Source: Macrostomum hystrix
Lineage: Eukaryota > Animalia > Platyhelminthes
Direction of reading: 5' to 3'
DNA: 64,000 nucleotides
NCBI GenBank assembly: GCA_950097015.1
Contig: CATNEN010000038.1
Location: 15,190,001 to 15,254,000 of the forward strand
This document shows positions 1 through 10,819 of this stretch, piece by piece. Every line of letters begins with the position of its first letter. The first letter of the stretch is position 1. The notes below the pieces were generated by a model. That model did no database searches and was not told the DNA's origin. It saw nothing but the letters and a program-made list of their open reading frames with translations. The position numbers and the translations under genes are program-made.

Positions 1-411
1 CATGGCAACCAATCAGAAAATAGCCAGACAGCTCCGATGACGCCGGCCCATGTAGCCGCGGCCGCCGGAGCCGTCGACTGTCTCGCCTGGACTCTGGCGT
101 CGCGCCCCGATTGGCTGGCTGAGCCAGATCGCCAGCGGGGCTGGACGCCGCTCCACTGGGCAGCCGCCTTCGGCCGGGCGTCCTGCGCCAGCCTCCTGCT
201 TGACTTGGGCACGCCGCACACGGTATTCAGCGTCGGAGCTTTCGCCGACGGTTGGACGCCGTTAGACTGCGCGGTGTTCGCCGAGCATTTGCGCCTAGCC
301 GACTGGCTGCGAAGTCGGGGAGCCGTCACTGGGTCGGAGCTGCGGCATTGCGCAGCCAGCCGCCTGCAGCGGTGGTGGCGACAGCGTCAGACAAGGAGCT
401 GTGGGAAATAA
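1..411 (+). CDS. 3' end of an ankyrin-repeat protein with C-terminal IQ motif (inversin-like); 5'-partial
   Basis: Frame is open from base 1. Ankyrin motifs TPAHVAA, GWTPLHWAAAFG and GWTPLDCA are followed by IQ-like AASRLQRWWR. The stop TAA overlaps AATAAA. Confidence 0.75.
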   Translation, partial: HGNQSENSQTAPMTPAHVAAAAGAVDCLAWTLASRPDWLAEPDRQRGWTPLHWAAAFGRASCASLLLDLGTPHTVFSVGAFADGWTPLDCAVFAEHLRLADWLRSRGAVTGSELRHCAASRLQRWWRQRQTRSCGK

Positions 412-952
412 AATAAAGCTATTGTCTCCATTTGCTGCCATAAATTGCTATACGTTGCTAAATAGTGTTCATTTTCTAAGAATGTTACTTTGTTTCTAAG
501 AATTAAACTACGTTCTAAAGAATATGATTCCGTTATTTATTTTTTTGGTTTTCAAGGATGTGATTTAGTTTCTAAAAATGAATTTTACTTTCTAACATGT
601 TTCTAAGAATGTTTTTTAGTCTCTAGGCCTAGGGGTTCTGTTTATTAACATCAACTGTACTATATTTATCCGATCCCATGTTCAGCTATGTACACACGAA
701 CTTCAAACTCAAAGCATTTGTTTTACTGTACTTCCATTTATTCGAAGAATAATGCTAGGATGTGTGCTATTATGTTATTTTACTATTTTTAATAAAAAAT
801 ATTACTCTTTTTTACTGTCGAATTTTGGTTTTATCTTCAAATATTCTAAATTCAAAGATTTGATTAGCTAAAGATTCAAATGATGCGTTATAAAATAACA
901 CTTTAGTAATAAAAATTGCAGTGATTAGTAACAACTAAGGCAGCTATAACGC

Positions 953-3900
953 ATGGCTTCAAACGAAAGCAAATTTGTTCACGTGCTGAACATCTGGCTG
1001 GAGAAGCCCCACGTTGCCTGTTCGTCCATCTTTGGCGCCAAATATGTCCATTCCCTCGAGACATCGTCAGCAGAGCAAGATCCCCAGATTGTTGTGTTCA
1101 CCAGACAGTTGCTACACAATAGTCTTGACGTTGAACCGCTGGTTGAACGCATCGTACTGTCGCCGCTTGACTTACAGGCTGAATTCTTCACCCAAAGCGA
1201 TGATCAGTGTCTTTATCGCGTCTTTATGATGAAATCTGACGATAATACTGGACAATAGTGAGTCAGATATTCATTTAAGAACTGACTTAGCATACTACTG
1301 CGTCTTCTACTCGTATTGCTATAACAAAATCTATTAGGCAAAATTATATTTTAGCCAAAAATATTGTAGGGAGGGGTTGAGGTTATTCGCGTAGCTGACT
1401 AGATCAGCCCTCAGCCAATCCGGTTGCGGAGAGGGGTTGAGGTTATTCGCGTAGCAGACTAGATCAGCCATCAGCCAATCCGGTTGCGGAGAGGGGTTGA
1501 AGTTATTCGCGTAGCAGGCTAGATCAGCCGTCAGCCAATCCGGTTGCGGGACAGATACAGATTTCACCATCGTGCGTGAGTGTTATAAATTAAAAAAATC
1601 ACATTCATTTTTCTATTTCCACTCAGTCGCATCGCGGTGTCAGTCTGTCGCGAGCCAACTCAACTGGAGCTCAGATATCACACCGCCGATTGGCTAAAAT
1701 CAAGCCTATCAGCCAGACTAAATCGGTGGCTAGCACAATGCCGAGACGAATCTAAGGATTTAGTTAAAACGCCTGCTTCATTGGCCTGTGTTGATTTGGC
1801 ACTTTATCAAGCCGCCTACTATCGCATGAAGGCTGTCTATGGGCCAAAGCTGATTGCTAACTGGTCAGAGCGAACCAACGCTGAGAAGTTTGTTTACGAA
1901 GATATTGGTATTGCCGCATACTTGTTGGTAAATAGCGCATCAGAAATTATATTTTAAGAATCGCTATCAACCTCCGAAATCCTCAGGTTCAAACTGTCAA
2001 TCTCCCTGATCCTCAAGTTCAAACTGTCGATCTCCCTGATCCTCAAGTTCAAACTGTCGATCTCCCTGATCCTCAGGTTGAAACTGTCAATCTCCCTGAT
2101 CCTCAAGTTCAAACTGTCGATCTCCGTGATCCTCAGGTTGAAACTGTCGATCTCCCTGATCCTCAGGTTGAAACTGTCAATCTCCCTGATCCTCAGGTTG
2201 AAACTGTCAATCTCCCTGATCCTCAAGTTCAAACTGTCGATCTCCCTGATCCTCAGGTTGAAACTGTCAATCTCCCTGATCCTCAGGTTGAAACTGTCAA
2301 TCTCCCTGATCCTCAGGTTGAAACTGTCAATCTCCCTGATCCTCAAGTTCAAACTGTCGATCTCCCTGATCCTCAGGTTGAAACTGTCAATCTCCCTGAT
2401 CCTCAAGTTCAAACTGTCAATCTCCCTGATCCTCAAGTTCAAACTGTCGATCTCCCTGATCCTCAAGTTCAAACTGTCGATCTCCCTGATCCTCAGGTTG
2501 AAACTGTCAATCTCCCTGATCCTCAAGTTCAAACTGTCGATCTCCGTGATCCTCAGGTTGAAACTGTCGATCTACCTGATCCTCAGGTTGAAACTGTCAA
2601 TCTCCCTGATCCTCAAGTTCAAACTGTCAATCTCCCTGATCCTCAGGTTGAAACTGTCAATCTCCCTGATCCTCAAGTTCAAACTGTCAATCTCCCTGAT
2701 CCTCAGGTTGAAACTGTCAATCTCCCTGATCCTCAAGTTCAAACTGTCGATCTCCCTGATCCTCAGATCCTAAGAATGAACTCATCGACCACCTCAATAA
2801 TCCAAATATTTTTTTCCACCAAAACTAAAAAAATCCGTCACTTTTCAGTGCCAGTGGCAAGGTCAGACAGGTGTGAAATTTGTGGACATTGGTTGCGGCA
2901 ATGGCTTACTGGTTTATCTGCTTAACTCCGAAGGGGTTAGTTTCTGTGCTAATCTATTGTTTCTATATATTGAAATATACAGATTTATATTTAAATAATA
3001 TAAAGTACGGATGCTTAATTTTAGCACCGCGGCATTGGCTACGACATAAGGAAGCGTAAAATCTGGGACACTTATCCTGAATCAGTGCGAGCTGCTCTAA
3101 TTGTAAGTTCGAACACTGCTTACCATATTCTAGTTTCTCCTGTTGTTTTATTACAACTTTGCGCAATGAGCAGTTAACAGTAGAAAGACCAGGGGGTATT
3201 TCAAATGCCCAATTTTGTTCTGTATCTCCCAAAATATTCAAACAATCGCATGAAAATTTTAAAACACGGGCCAAAGTTTTCCACTCTATCCGATGAAACA
3301 GCTGTCGTGAAGTAGGCACTGGGTATTTGAAATTCCCCCGTGGTTTGTCCCCAGAGGCATAATAGCCAGGTTTTTCTACAGGTAATGTAAGATTATCTAT
3401 CCAATTTGTTTAGGAGCAGACGATAGTTCCAACGGCGCAAAACTTGGCTTTTCCTGGCGTCGATTGGTTGCTGGGAAACCACAGCGACGAGCTGACGCCC
3501 TGGCTACCTGTGCTCGGAGCTCGCTTTAAGTGCCAAGGAGTGTTCCTGCTGCCCTGTTGTCCATTTAACTTCGACGGTAGTCGCTACGATCGCAGAGGAT
3601 TAGGCGGCACAGATGATAGCTCCAGTCGGTATCGCAACTACCTGGCTTACATCGGCGAATTATGCCAGCGGGTTGGCTACGACAGCGTTCGTCGAGACTG
3701 TCTTCGGATACCGTCAACTAGACGGGTGTGCTTCGTGGCCACTCAGTTGGACTCGGAGAGATCCAATGTAGCAGTTGAAGAGATTTCCGGGTCTGAGTTT
3801 CGACCCAGACTGGCTGAAACTGAGACAACGCCGAGGAATTGCTCTAGAGTGCCCGTCGATACTCGTCGGCGCGTCGAATTGGCACTTTTTCGCGCGCTAC

Positions 3901-4508
3901 TGGGAGATGAATCGGACAAAGACTGCTTAGACGTAGATGAAGCTTTTGATGCTGACAAAGACCACGTTGATGAAGCCTTCGTTCGCGACAGACACTCAAT
4001 AGATAACAGCTCCAATGACGACAAAGACGGCGCTCACTCCAACGATGCAACTATTCAAAAAGTCTGTCAACCAAAACGGCTTAAACGGGACCCTGATTCT
4101 CACTGTGCGCAGAATCACAGTATTATCAATTACAAAGATAGTAAACACAAAAGTAGCATTGATAGCGAGGCTTTGAAGCTTGCAACAAAGACTTGGAACG
4201 CTGGCCGCAGCCTGCCATTGTCGACGCTAATCGATCTGCTATCTGAGACAGACCGAGCAGCGTTAAAGAACGAATGCGGAGGCCTTCAAACTCTGCTACG
4301 CAATTGTCACCAGGCGTTCGTTGTCAGATCTGGCGTGGCATCGATTCGTCAACCTACCCCAGTAATCGACTCAGCTGCTACGGCTAAGCAGCGACTTCAT
4401 AGAAAAAGTAAACCGTGTTTCATGGACGCTTATCACCCGGATGGTTGCTGCCTATTGGCTGGCGACTGCGCGTTTAAGCACGAATGCGAGCTGGACGTAA
4501 CAGACTGA
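953..4508 (+). CDS. TRMT44: tRNA (uracil-O2')-methyltransferase TRMT44 with C-terminal C3H-type zinc finger, multi-exon
   Basis: Phase-consistent GT-AG exons 953-1257, 1627-1927, 2849-2935, 3025-3102 and 3414-4508, plus a possible exon 1528-1575. Motifs EKFVYEDIGIAAYLL, FVDIGCGNGLLV, GYDIRKRKIW, DWLLGNHSDELTPW, LPCC, LRIPSTRR, LKNECGGLQTLLRN and KSKPC...HPDGC...C.F.H. Confidence 0.93.
1370..1549. repeat. 60-bp tandem repeat x3 in TRMT44 intron 1
   Basis: Unit gaggggttgaggttattcgcgtagcagactagatcagccatcagccaatccggttgcgga. Confidence 0.9.
1970..2770. repeat. 30-bp minisatellite in a TRMT44 intron
   Basis: Unit cctcaagttcaaactgtcaatctccctgat, about 26 copies. Confidence 0.97.
3188..3344. mobile_element. 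Small TIR element (MITE-like), copy 1
   Basis: Inverted termini ggggtatttcaaatgccca and tgggtatttgaaattcccc. Related copies at about 13720-13804 and 49814-49989. Confidence 0.6.
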
Positions 4509-4869
4509 TCTAACTAACGATTACAGTCGTTTAGTTCCAAGCTAATGTAGATCATGGAAAATACTAATAATCGAGATTGTCTACTATTAGTAGAAGTATA
4601 TAATTTACTATAATAAAATCCATGAAATCCACTTCAAAAATCAACGCTCTGCAAATAGTTTCAGAATTTCAGTTACAATTTGAATAATAATGTCGTGTAA
4701 TTTGAAATATGATTAAACTTCTAATTATTCACCAAGAAATTCTGCTTGTGTTTTTTCACATGTCTGTATATGCATTTTTAGAGTAAATTTTAGTCTCTGA
4801 CGTTCTTTTTTCCCTTTTAAGTAGGTAGTGAATCGCGTTAGTAGTAAGTATGCAAAACCGGAGTACCCT

Positions 4870-5225
4870 AACAATAGGCTGACGACCTTGAGTTCTTAAT
4901 AATATACTGACGACCTAGAGTTTTAAAAAATAGACCGACAACGTTGAGTTTCTAAAAATAGACTGACGCCCTTGAGTTTTAAAAAATAGACCGACAACTT
5001 TGAGTTTCTAAAAATAGACTGACGACCTTGAGTTGAAAAAAATGGACTGACGACCTTAAGTTTAAAAAAATAGACTGACAACTTTGAGTTTCTAAAAATA
5101 GTCTGACAACTTTGAGTTTCTAAAAATAGACTGACGACTTTGAGTTTCTAAAAATAGACTGACGACTTTGAGTTTCTAAAAATAGACTGACGACCTTGAG
5201 TTCCTAACAATAGACTGACGACCTC
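4870..5225. repeat. ~28-bp degenerate minisatellite
   Basis: Unit aaaatagactgacgaccttgagtttcta. Confidence 0.9.
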
Positions 5226-5309
5226 GAGCCTTTGAGAAACTTAACCGTTGTTTTTCGTCATTTCCAGCTGCTCTCCTGAAGTCAAATTTCATCGACTCCA
5301 TTCTAGAGG

Positions 5310-8300
5310 ATGCAGTCGTCATCAACGGCATCAGCAGCGACAGAAACGGCAGATTCAGCTAGCCAGGAAGCCGATGAAGGCAGTATCTTCTGCGGCACCT
5401 GCACCCTGATTATGCCGCTAACTTTATTGGCCGCCATTCTGTGCGGCCTATCGCTTGGCGCTCCCGGACCAACCCTGCTGGCCATCGAGCATTCGACAAA
5501 TTCGCGAGAAGACCAAGCTGTGCTGCTATTTGCGGGCCGCGCTGTTGGCGCCTTCTGCGGGGCATTGCTTGGCCAATTCTTGGCCGATTTCGTATCGCCT
5601 AGAACTCTAATTGGCGTCGGCTTGGCCACGTCTAGCGTTGGCAACGCCATGGTGCCCGCCTGCGAGCACATCTGGTCAATGATGCCCGCCTTTGCTGTGC
5701 AAGGCTTTGGAATCTATCTGTGCCTCAGCGCCGTCTGGGCCACTGTTAGGCATCGCTGCGAGCAGCTAAGATTTGGCGATACAGCGGAGAATGACTTTGA
5801 TCCTACTGGCTACTTGACTAGGCGAGCACTGCTGGCTTGCCTGGCTGCAGGAATGCTCGCTGCGCCTCTTGTGACTGCGCCATTTGCTCAGCCCAGCCTG
5901 CATGACCTGGTGCCCGGTGAGTGATCTGGGTGTCTGCTCTGGGTGTCTGCTCTGGGAGTCTGTTCTGGGTGTCTGTTCTGGGTGTCTGTTCTGGGTGTCT
6001 GCTCTGGGAGTCTGTTCTGGGTGTCTGTTCTGGGTGTCTGCTCTGGGTGTCTGCTCTGGGTGTCTGCTCTGGGTGTCTGCTCTGGGTGTCTGCTCTGGGT
6101 GTCTGCTCTGGGTGTCTGTTCTGGGTGTCTGCTCTGGGTGTCTGCTCTGGGTGTCTGTTCTGGGTGTCTGCTCTGGGTGTCTGTTCTGGGTGTCTGTTCT
6201 GGGTGTCTGTTCTGGGTGTCTGCTCTGGGTGTCTGCTCTGGGAGTCTGTTCTGGGTGTCTGCTCTGGGTGTCTGCTCTGGGTGTCTGCTCTGGGTGTCTG
6301 CTCTGGGTGTCTGCTCTGGGTGTCTGCTCTGGGAGTCTGTTCTGGGTGTCTGCTCTGGGTGTCTGCTCTGGGTGTCTGCTCTGGGTGTCTGCTCTGGGTG
6401 TCTGCTCTGGGTGTCTGCTCTGGGTGTCTGTTCTGGGTGTCTGCTCTGGGAGTCTTTTCTGGGAGTCTGTTCTGGGTGTCTGTTCTGGGTGTCTGCTCTG
6501 GGAGTCTGTTCTGGGTGTCTGTTCTGGGTGTCTGTTCTGGGTGTCTGCTCTGGGAGTCTGTTCTGGGTGTCTGTTCTGGGTGTCTGCTCTGGGAGTCTGT
6601 TCTGGGTGTCTGTTCTGGGTGTCTGCTCTGGGTGTCTGCTCTGGGTGTCTGCTCTGGGAGTCTGTTCTGTGTGTCTGCTCTGGGTGTCTGCTCTGGGTGT
6701 CTGCTCTGGGTGTCTGCTCTGGGTGTCTGCTCTGGGTGTCTGCTCTGGGAGTCTGCTCTGGGTGTCTGCTCTGGGTGTCTGCTCTGGGTGTCTGTTCTGG
6801 GTGTCTGCTCTGGGAGTCTGTTCTGGGTGTCTGCTCTGGGTGTCTGCTCTGGGTGTCTGCTCTGGGTGTCTGCTCTGGGTGTCTGCTCTGGGTGTCTGCT
6901 CTGGGTGTCTGCTCTGGGTGTCTGCTCTGGGTGTCTGCTCTGGGTGTCTGTTCTGGGTGTCTGCTCTGGGTGTCTGCTCTGGGTGTCTGCTCTGGGTGTC
7001 TGCTCTGGGTGTCTGCTCTGGGTGTCTGCTCTGGGCGTCTGTCTGTCACTCATTATTCCTTGCCTGTTCAATAGCTGCAAATAAATTTATCGAATTTCTG
7101 TGACCACCTTTAATCCGCAACCACCCGCCCAGGCAATGCCACGGTGCTAGCTGAGCACAAGCCAATCGACTTGCCCGGAGTTCGCGTCCGACGATTTTTG
7201 ATTCACAGCGCCACCGGAGCAAAAGAAAGCACTACAAGGCCAACGCCAAAGCCAATTGGCACCTTTTTGAACTCTTCGATAATAAATTCAACGCTGCACT
7301 CTCACTTGAACTATTCAACTTTTATGACATTGTCGCCGACTTTGCCAACAACGCCACCGCCGCCTCCGCCTTCACCGAAGCTATCCAAGAAGCCAGGCTT
7401 GGCTGATGGCAAGCATTTGGACCAGTCATCAGCCGTAGCCGACGGCAGTAAGCACGGCCGGGTGTTGAAACTGCACAAGGAACAGCAGCGGCTTGGTAGC
7501 ATTAACAAAGCAGCTGCGGCCACGCATGTTGCATCACCAGATTTGTCAACCGCTCCGACCGGATTAACTCCTGCTCAGTTGGTCGTTCAAGCTAATAAAT
7601 CTTTTGTCAATCAGTCAGTCACTAATTTTACTAATGGCACTTCTGAAGATTTTTCTATCGTTAGCAATTCTACTACTAGAAGTAGTTCGGTGTCAATAAA
7701 ATCGAAAACGACAAGAATTATAAAGCCAAGAGCAACGGTTACTATGACAACCGTTGCTATGACAACTCAAGGGCCTCTAGAGAATGATGACAGCATTGAA
7801 GATCAGTCACCGGCCATGACAGCTATTGGGATTAAAACTACAGCTTCGACACCCTACCTTGCTAAGACCACGTTGCCAATGACAACGAAAACTGTAACAA
7901 CTGAATCGATTGCAACAACACAGCAGCCTACAGATAAACTCATGTCAGCCTTGAATAGCACATCTGCTACTCCTAAGCTGATCCCGTTTCTCTCCGATAT
8001 CATCGCCTACTGGCGTCATCTCACGCCACTGTTTGGTGTATACGCCGCCCTATCATTGGCCTCTATGGTTGGTGCCCTACTTGCCGGCCTATGCGCCCTC
8101 CTGTGCTGGCGACGGCCCTACTCAGAATTTCCACCACTTCCGCCAGGTGAAGCGTTGTCTCTAACGACAGGTTCAGCTACCATTGAATTAGACGACGATT
8201 CTCTGGTGTCGGTATCGCCTGAGCAGGCAGCGTTCCGTCTGTGCCTATTTGTGGCCGCATTCTGTTTGCACAGTCTCGAAGTGACGCTAGGCTGCTATCT

Positions 8301-9427
8301 ATTTAGTTATTCGATACGATACTTGCACCTCACTGTACTATCTGGCCTGATGCTTGTGTGCCTACTGTACGGCGGACTCTTGGTTTCCCGTACAGCTGCA
8401 GTCATCACTGGACTCTGTGTGGCTTGGACTCGATCATATCGCTTCCAATTGGCTGTCGGTTCGGCCCTACTTTGCTGCGGAGTTGTTTGCCTCTGGCCTT
8501 GGGGCACTCGGTTCGTGTTACTCAGTCATACTTTACATTACTCATAGTAGGAGACACTGAAGCACAGGAGATAATGTGTGAGACACTGAAGCACAGGAGG
8601 TAATGTGTGAGACACTGAAGCACAGGAGGTAATGTGTGAGACACTGAAGCACAGGAGGTAATGTGTGAGACACTGAAGCACAGGAGGTAATGTGTGAGAC
8701 ACTGAAGCACAGGAGGTAATGTGTGAGACACTGAAGCACAGGAGGTAATGTGTGAGACACTGAAGCACAGCTAGTAATTAATGTCTGAGACACAAAAACA
8801 GGAGGTGATAACGAAACTCTCTACGCTCTGCTTTCTTTCAGCTGGCTGTGGCTAGCCTCTGTGCTGACGGGCTCCGGTCTGGCCCTCCTACTGCCAGCTC
8901 TGGAGGACGCCTGCGATGTGTGGCTTCTTCCGCCGGCTGCTGCTGCTGCTGCTGCTGCTGCTACCTTAACGGCTGATACTGCTGTAGCGTCTGTTACGAC
9001 GGCTTCGGCGCCAGAATCAACAACTTCAGAAATATCCGAAGATTCGTCTGATCATGACAACAATGGCGCTGACAAAGAGTTGGCCTCACCACTGCAGCAA
9101 CATCAGCAGCAGCTGTTAGACGCTAGACGCTGTGCTGGAAACTTCCTGACATGCGGTCAGCTGACCGGAGAAATGCTTGTGCCAGCATTCACCGGCTATC
9201 TTCACCGAGTCGTGTCAAGCCCGCTCGTTCTGGTCCATGTGACCAGTCTGCTTGCCTGCTCCTCTCTGTTGGCCATTGTGGCCACTTGCTACGTCGGTTG
9301 GTCACTGTTTGGCAGCCGGAAACAGCAGCAGCAGCAGCAGCAACAGGAGCAGCGGCAACTGTCGCAGGTGGTTTATCAAAGTTTGGCTCAAGAGGACAAT
9401 GAAGATATCGAGGCTGACTCGAACTAA
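5310..9427 (+). CDS. Major facilitator superfamily transporter, MFSD4-like (Na-dependent glucose transporter family), 3 exons
   Basis: Phase-consistent exons 5310-5916, 7133-8510 and 8842-9427. N-terminal GLSLGAPGPTLL and RAVGAFCGALLG, LEVTLGCYLFSY, C-terminal GEMLVPAFTG, multiple TM segments. Confidence 0.8.
5925..7035. repeat. 13-bp minisatellite filling MFS intron 1
   Basis: Unit gggtgtctgctct; begins 9 nt after the GTGAGT donor. Confidence 0.97.
8550..8795. repeat. 29-bp minisatellite in MFS intron 2
   Basis: Unit gagacactgaagcacaggaggtaatgtgt. Confidence 0.95.
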
Positions 9428-9599
9428 TGCTACAGCAGTTGGCTCACCGAATCTCTTATCATCAGTACTTAAATACTCAGTAAATAAGTGTGAATACCTC
9501 TGCTCCGAGTTCCGATTTAAACACTTTTTATCTCTGTTTTGTTTTGCTTATTCTTGTTTTTGGCACAGCAATTAAGTGGTTCGACGAACTCACGTTTCA

Positions 9600-9868
9600 T
9601 GGTTGATAATAACCACTGATGTACTGAAGGCTCAGGGTTGATAATAACCACTGATGTACTGAAGGCTCAGGGTTGATAATAACCACTGATGTACTGAAGG
9701 CTCAGGGTTGATAATAACCACTGATGTACTGAAGGCTCAGGGTTGATAATAACCACTGATGTACTGAAGGCTCAGGGTTGATAATAACCACTGATGTACT
9801 GAAGGCTCAGGGTTGATAATAACCACTGATGTACTGAAGGCTCAGGGTTGATAATAACCACTGATGTA
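9600..9868. repeat. 35-bp minisatellite
   Basis: Unit ggttgataataaccactgatgtactgaaggctcag, near-perfect copies. Confidence 0.95.
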
Positions 9869-10819
9869 CGTTTATCCTCTGATTCGCAACTGTAAAAAAC
9901 TGGTTTTCTTTTTCCTGCTTTTGGTAATTTCCGACCAGATTTTTTGTTTTGCCCTGTTTCCACAAAGTTTGTTATTTTATTGAACAGTCGATTTGTTAAT
10001 CTATTTTTACAAAGTATCTACTTACTGATGGAAGAGGTATTCAAAAATATTTCTGTGCACTTAATTTCTTTTCCGGCTAGGATATTTTCGCTCGGAAAAC
10101 TGTCTTATTTATTTTCTCAGACTTTCCATAACTTCATTACTCTTCTGGCCAAATCTTTTTCTGGCATTTGAGAGAAACAGTTAAATGTGCAATATTGTTT
10201 ACATTAACTTTGCTTCCAGCTCAGTGCTGTGCCAATCTTATCATTATCTCTCTATTTTTGTTTTCATTTTACCTACTTCTTCTTTTATGGGGCGTATTTT
10301 TCTCCACTTGGCTAGCCTGGTGTTTCACTTTCATTGTTATGAATGCTTAGAGCCTTCAATTCTGGCACCTATACAGCTCAATTAATCCAAAATTGATCTA
10401 ATTAATTACAAAACATGGTCTACGGCAATTCTTGCAATCTTGCAATCTTGCCATTATTTTACTATTTAAGTGCAAGACCTATTTTGACTAAAAGATGTTA
10501 TTCGATGAAAATCTTTATTATATACTTTACTAATTTAGACCTTAGCGGTTTTTTGTTCTTTCTTGCCTTGCGGAGCAGTTTTGGCCATAGACAATAGCTC
10601 TAGTCAGACTCTCGCTTGCGCTCTCGATAGCCTCAACTCTTTCAGCCTCGTACAGTCGGTGCAAAGGGGTTAAGCTATAATTTATAGGCGAGAGAATTCA
10701 AATCAGCAGAGCGAAAAGTAGCAAGTCAAAAAGGAATCGCTGGAGCGTCTAAGGTGAAGTCTGCTGCAATAGAAAGTAGATATACTCTTTTGCAGATCAA
10801 ATATATTTTATTGAAACAA

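Noticed and set aside
1-16. RFX X-box half-site and CCAAT box upstream of the ankyrin ORF
   Set aside because: The sequence is truncated by the window edge and lies in the open reading frame, so it is more simply coding.
5766-7103. Long repetitive ORFs over arrays (also 1954-2773, 14396-15638, 39310-40036, 44413-47544, 48214-49374, 54305-55513, 56568-58045, 61651-62022)
   Set aside because: They are stop-free translations of tandem units, often in several frames and both strands, and lie in introns or gaps of well-supported genes.
9600-9868. CRISPR-like arrays (units of 29-35 bp)
   Set aside because: Units are head-to-tail with no unique spacers, there are no cas genes, and the context is eukaryotic.
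10655-10672. piggyBac-like end (aaggggTTAA)
   Set aside because: No matching left end was found nearby.
10754-10819. GTG start for the TTLL ORF (and other GTG/TTG starts in the track)
   Set aside because: This is a eukaryotic locus; ATG 10820 or splice acceptors explain the starts.
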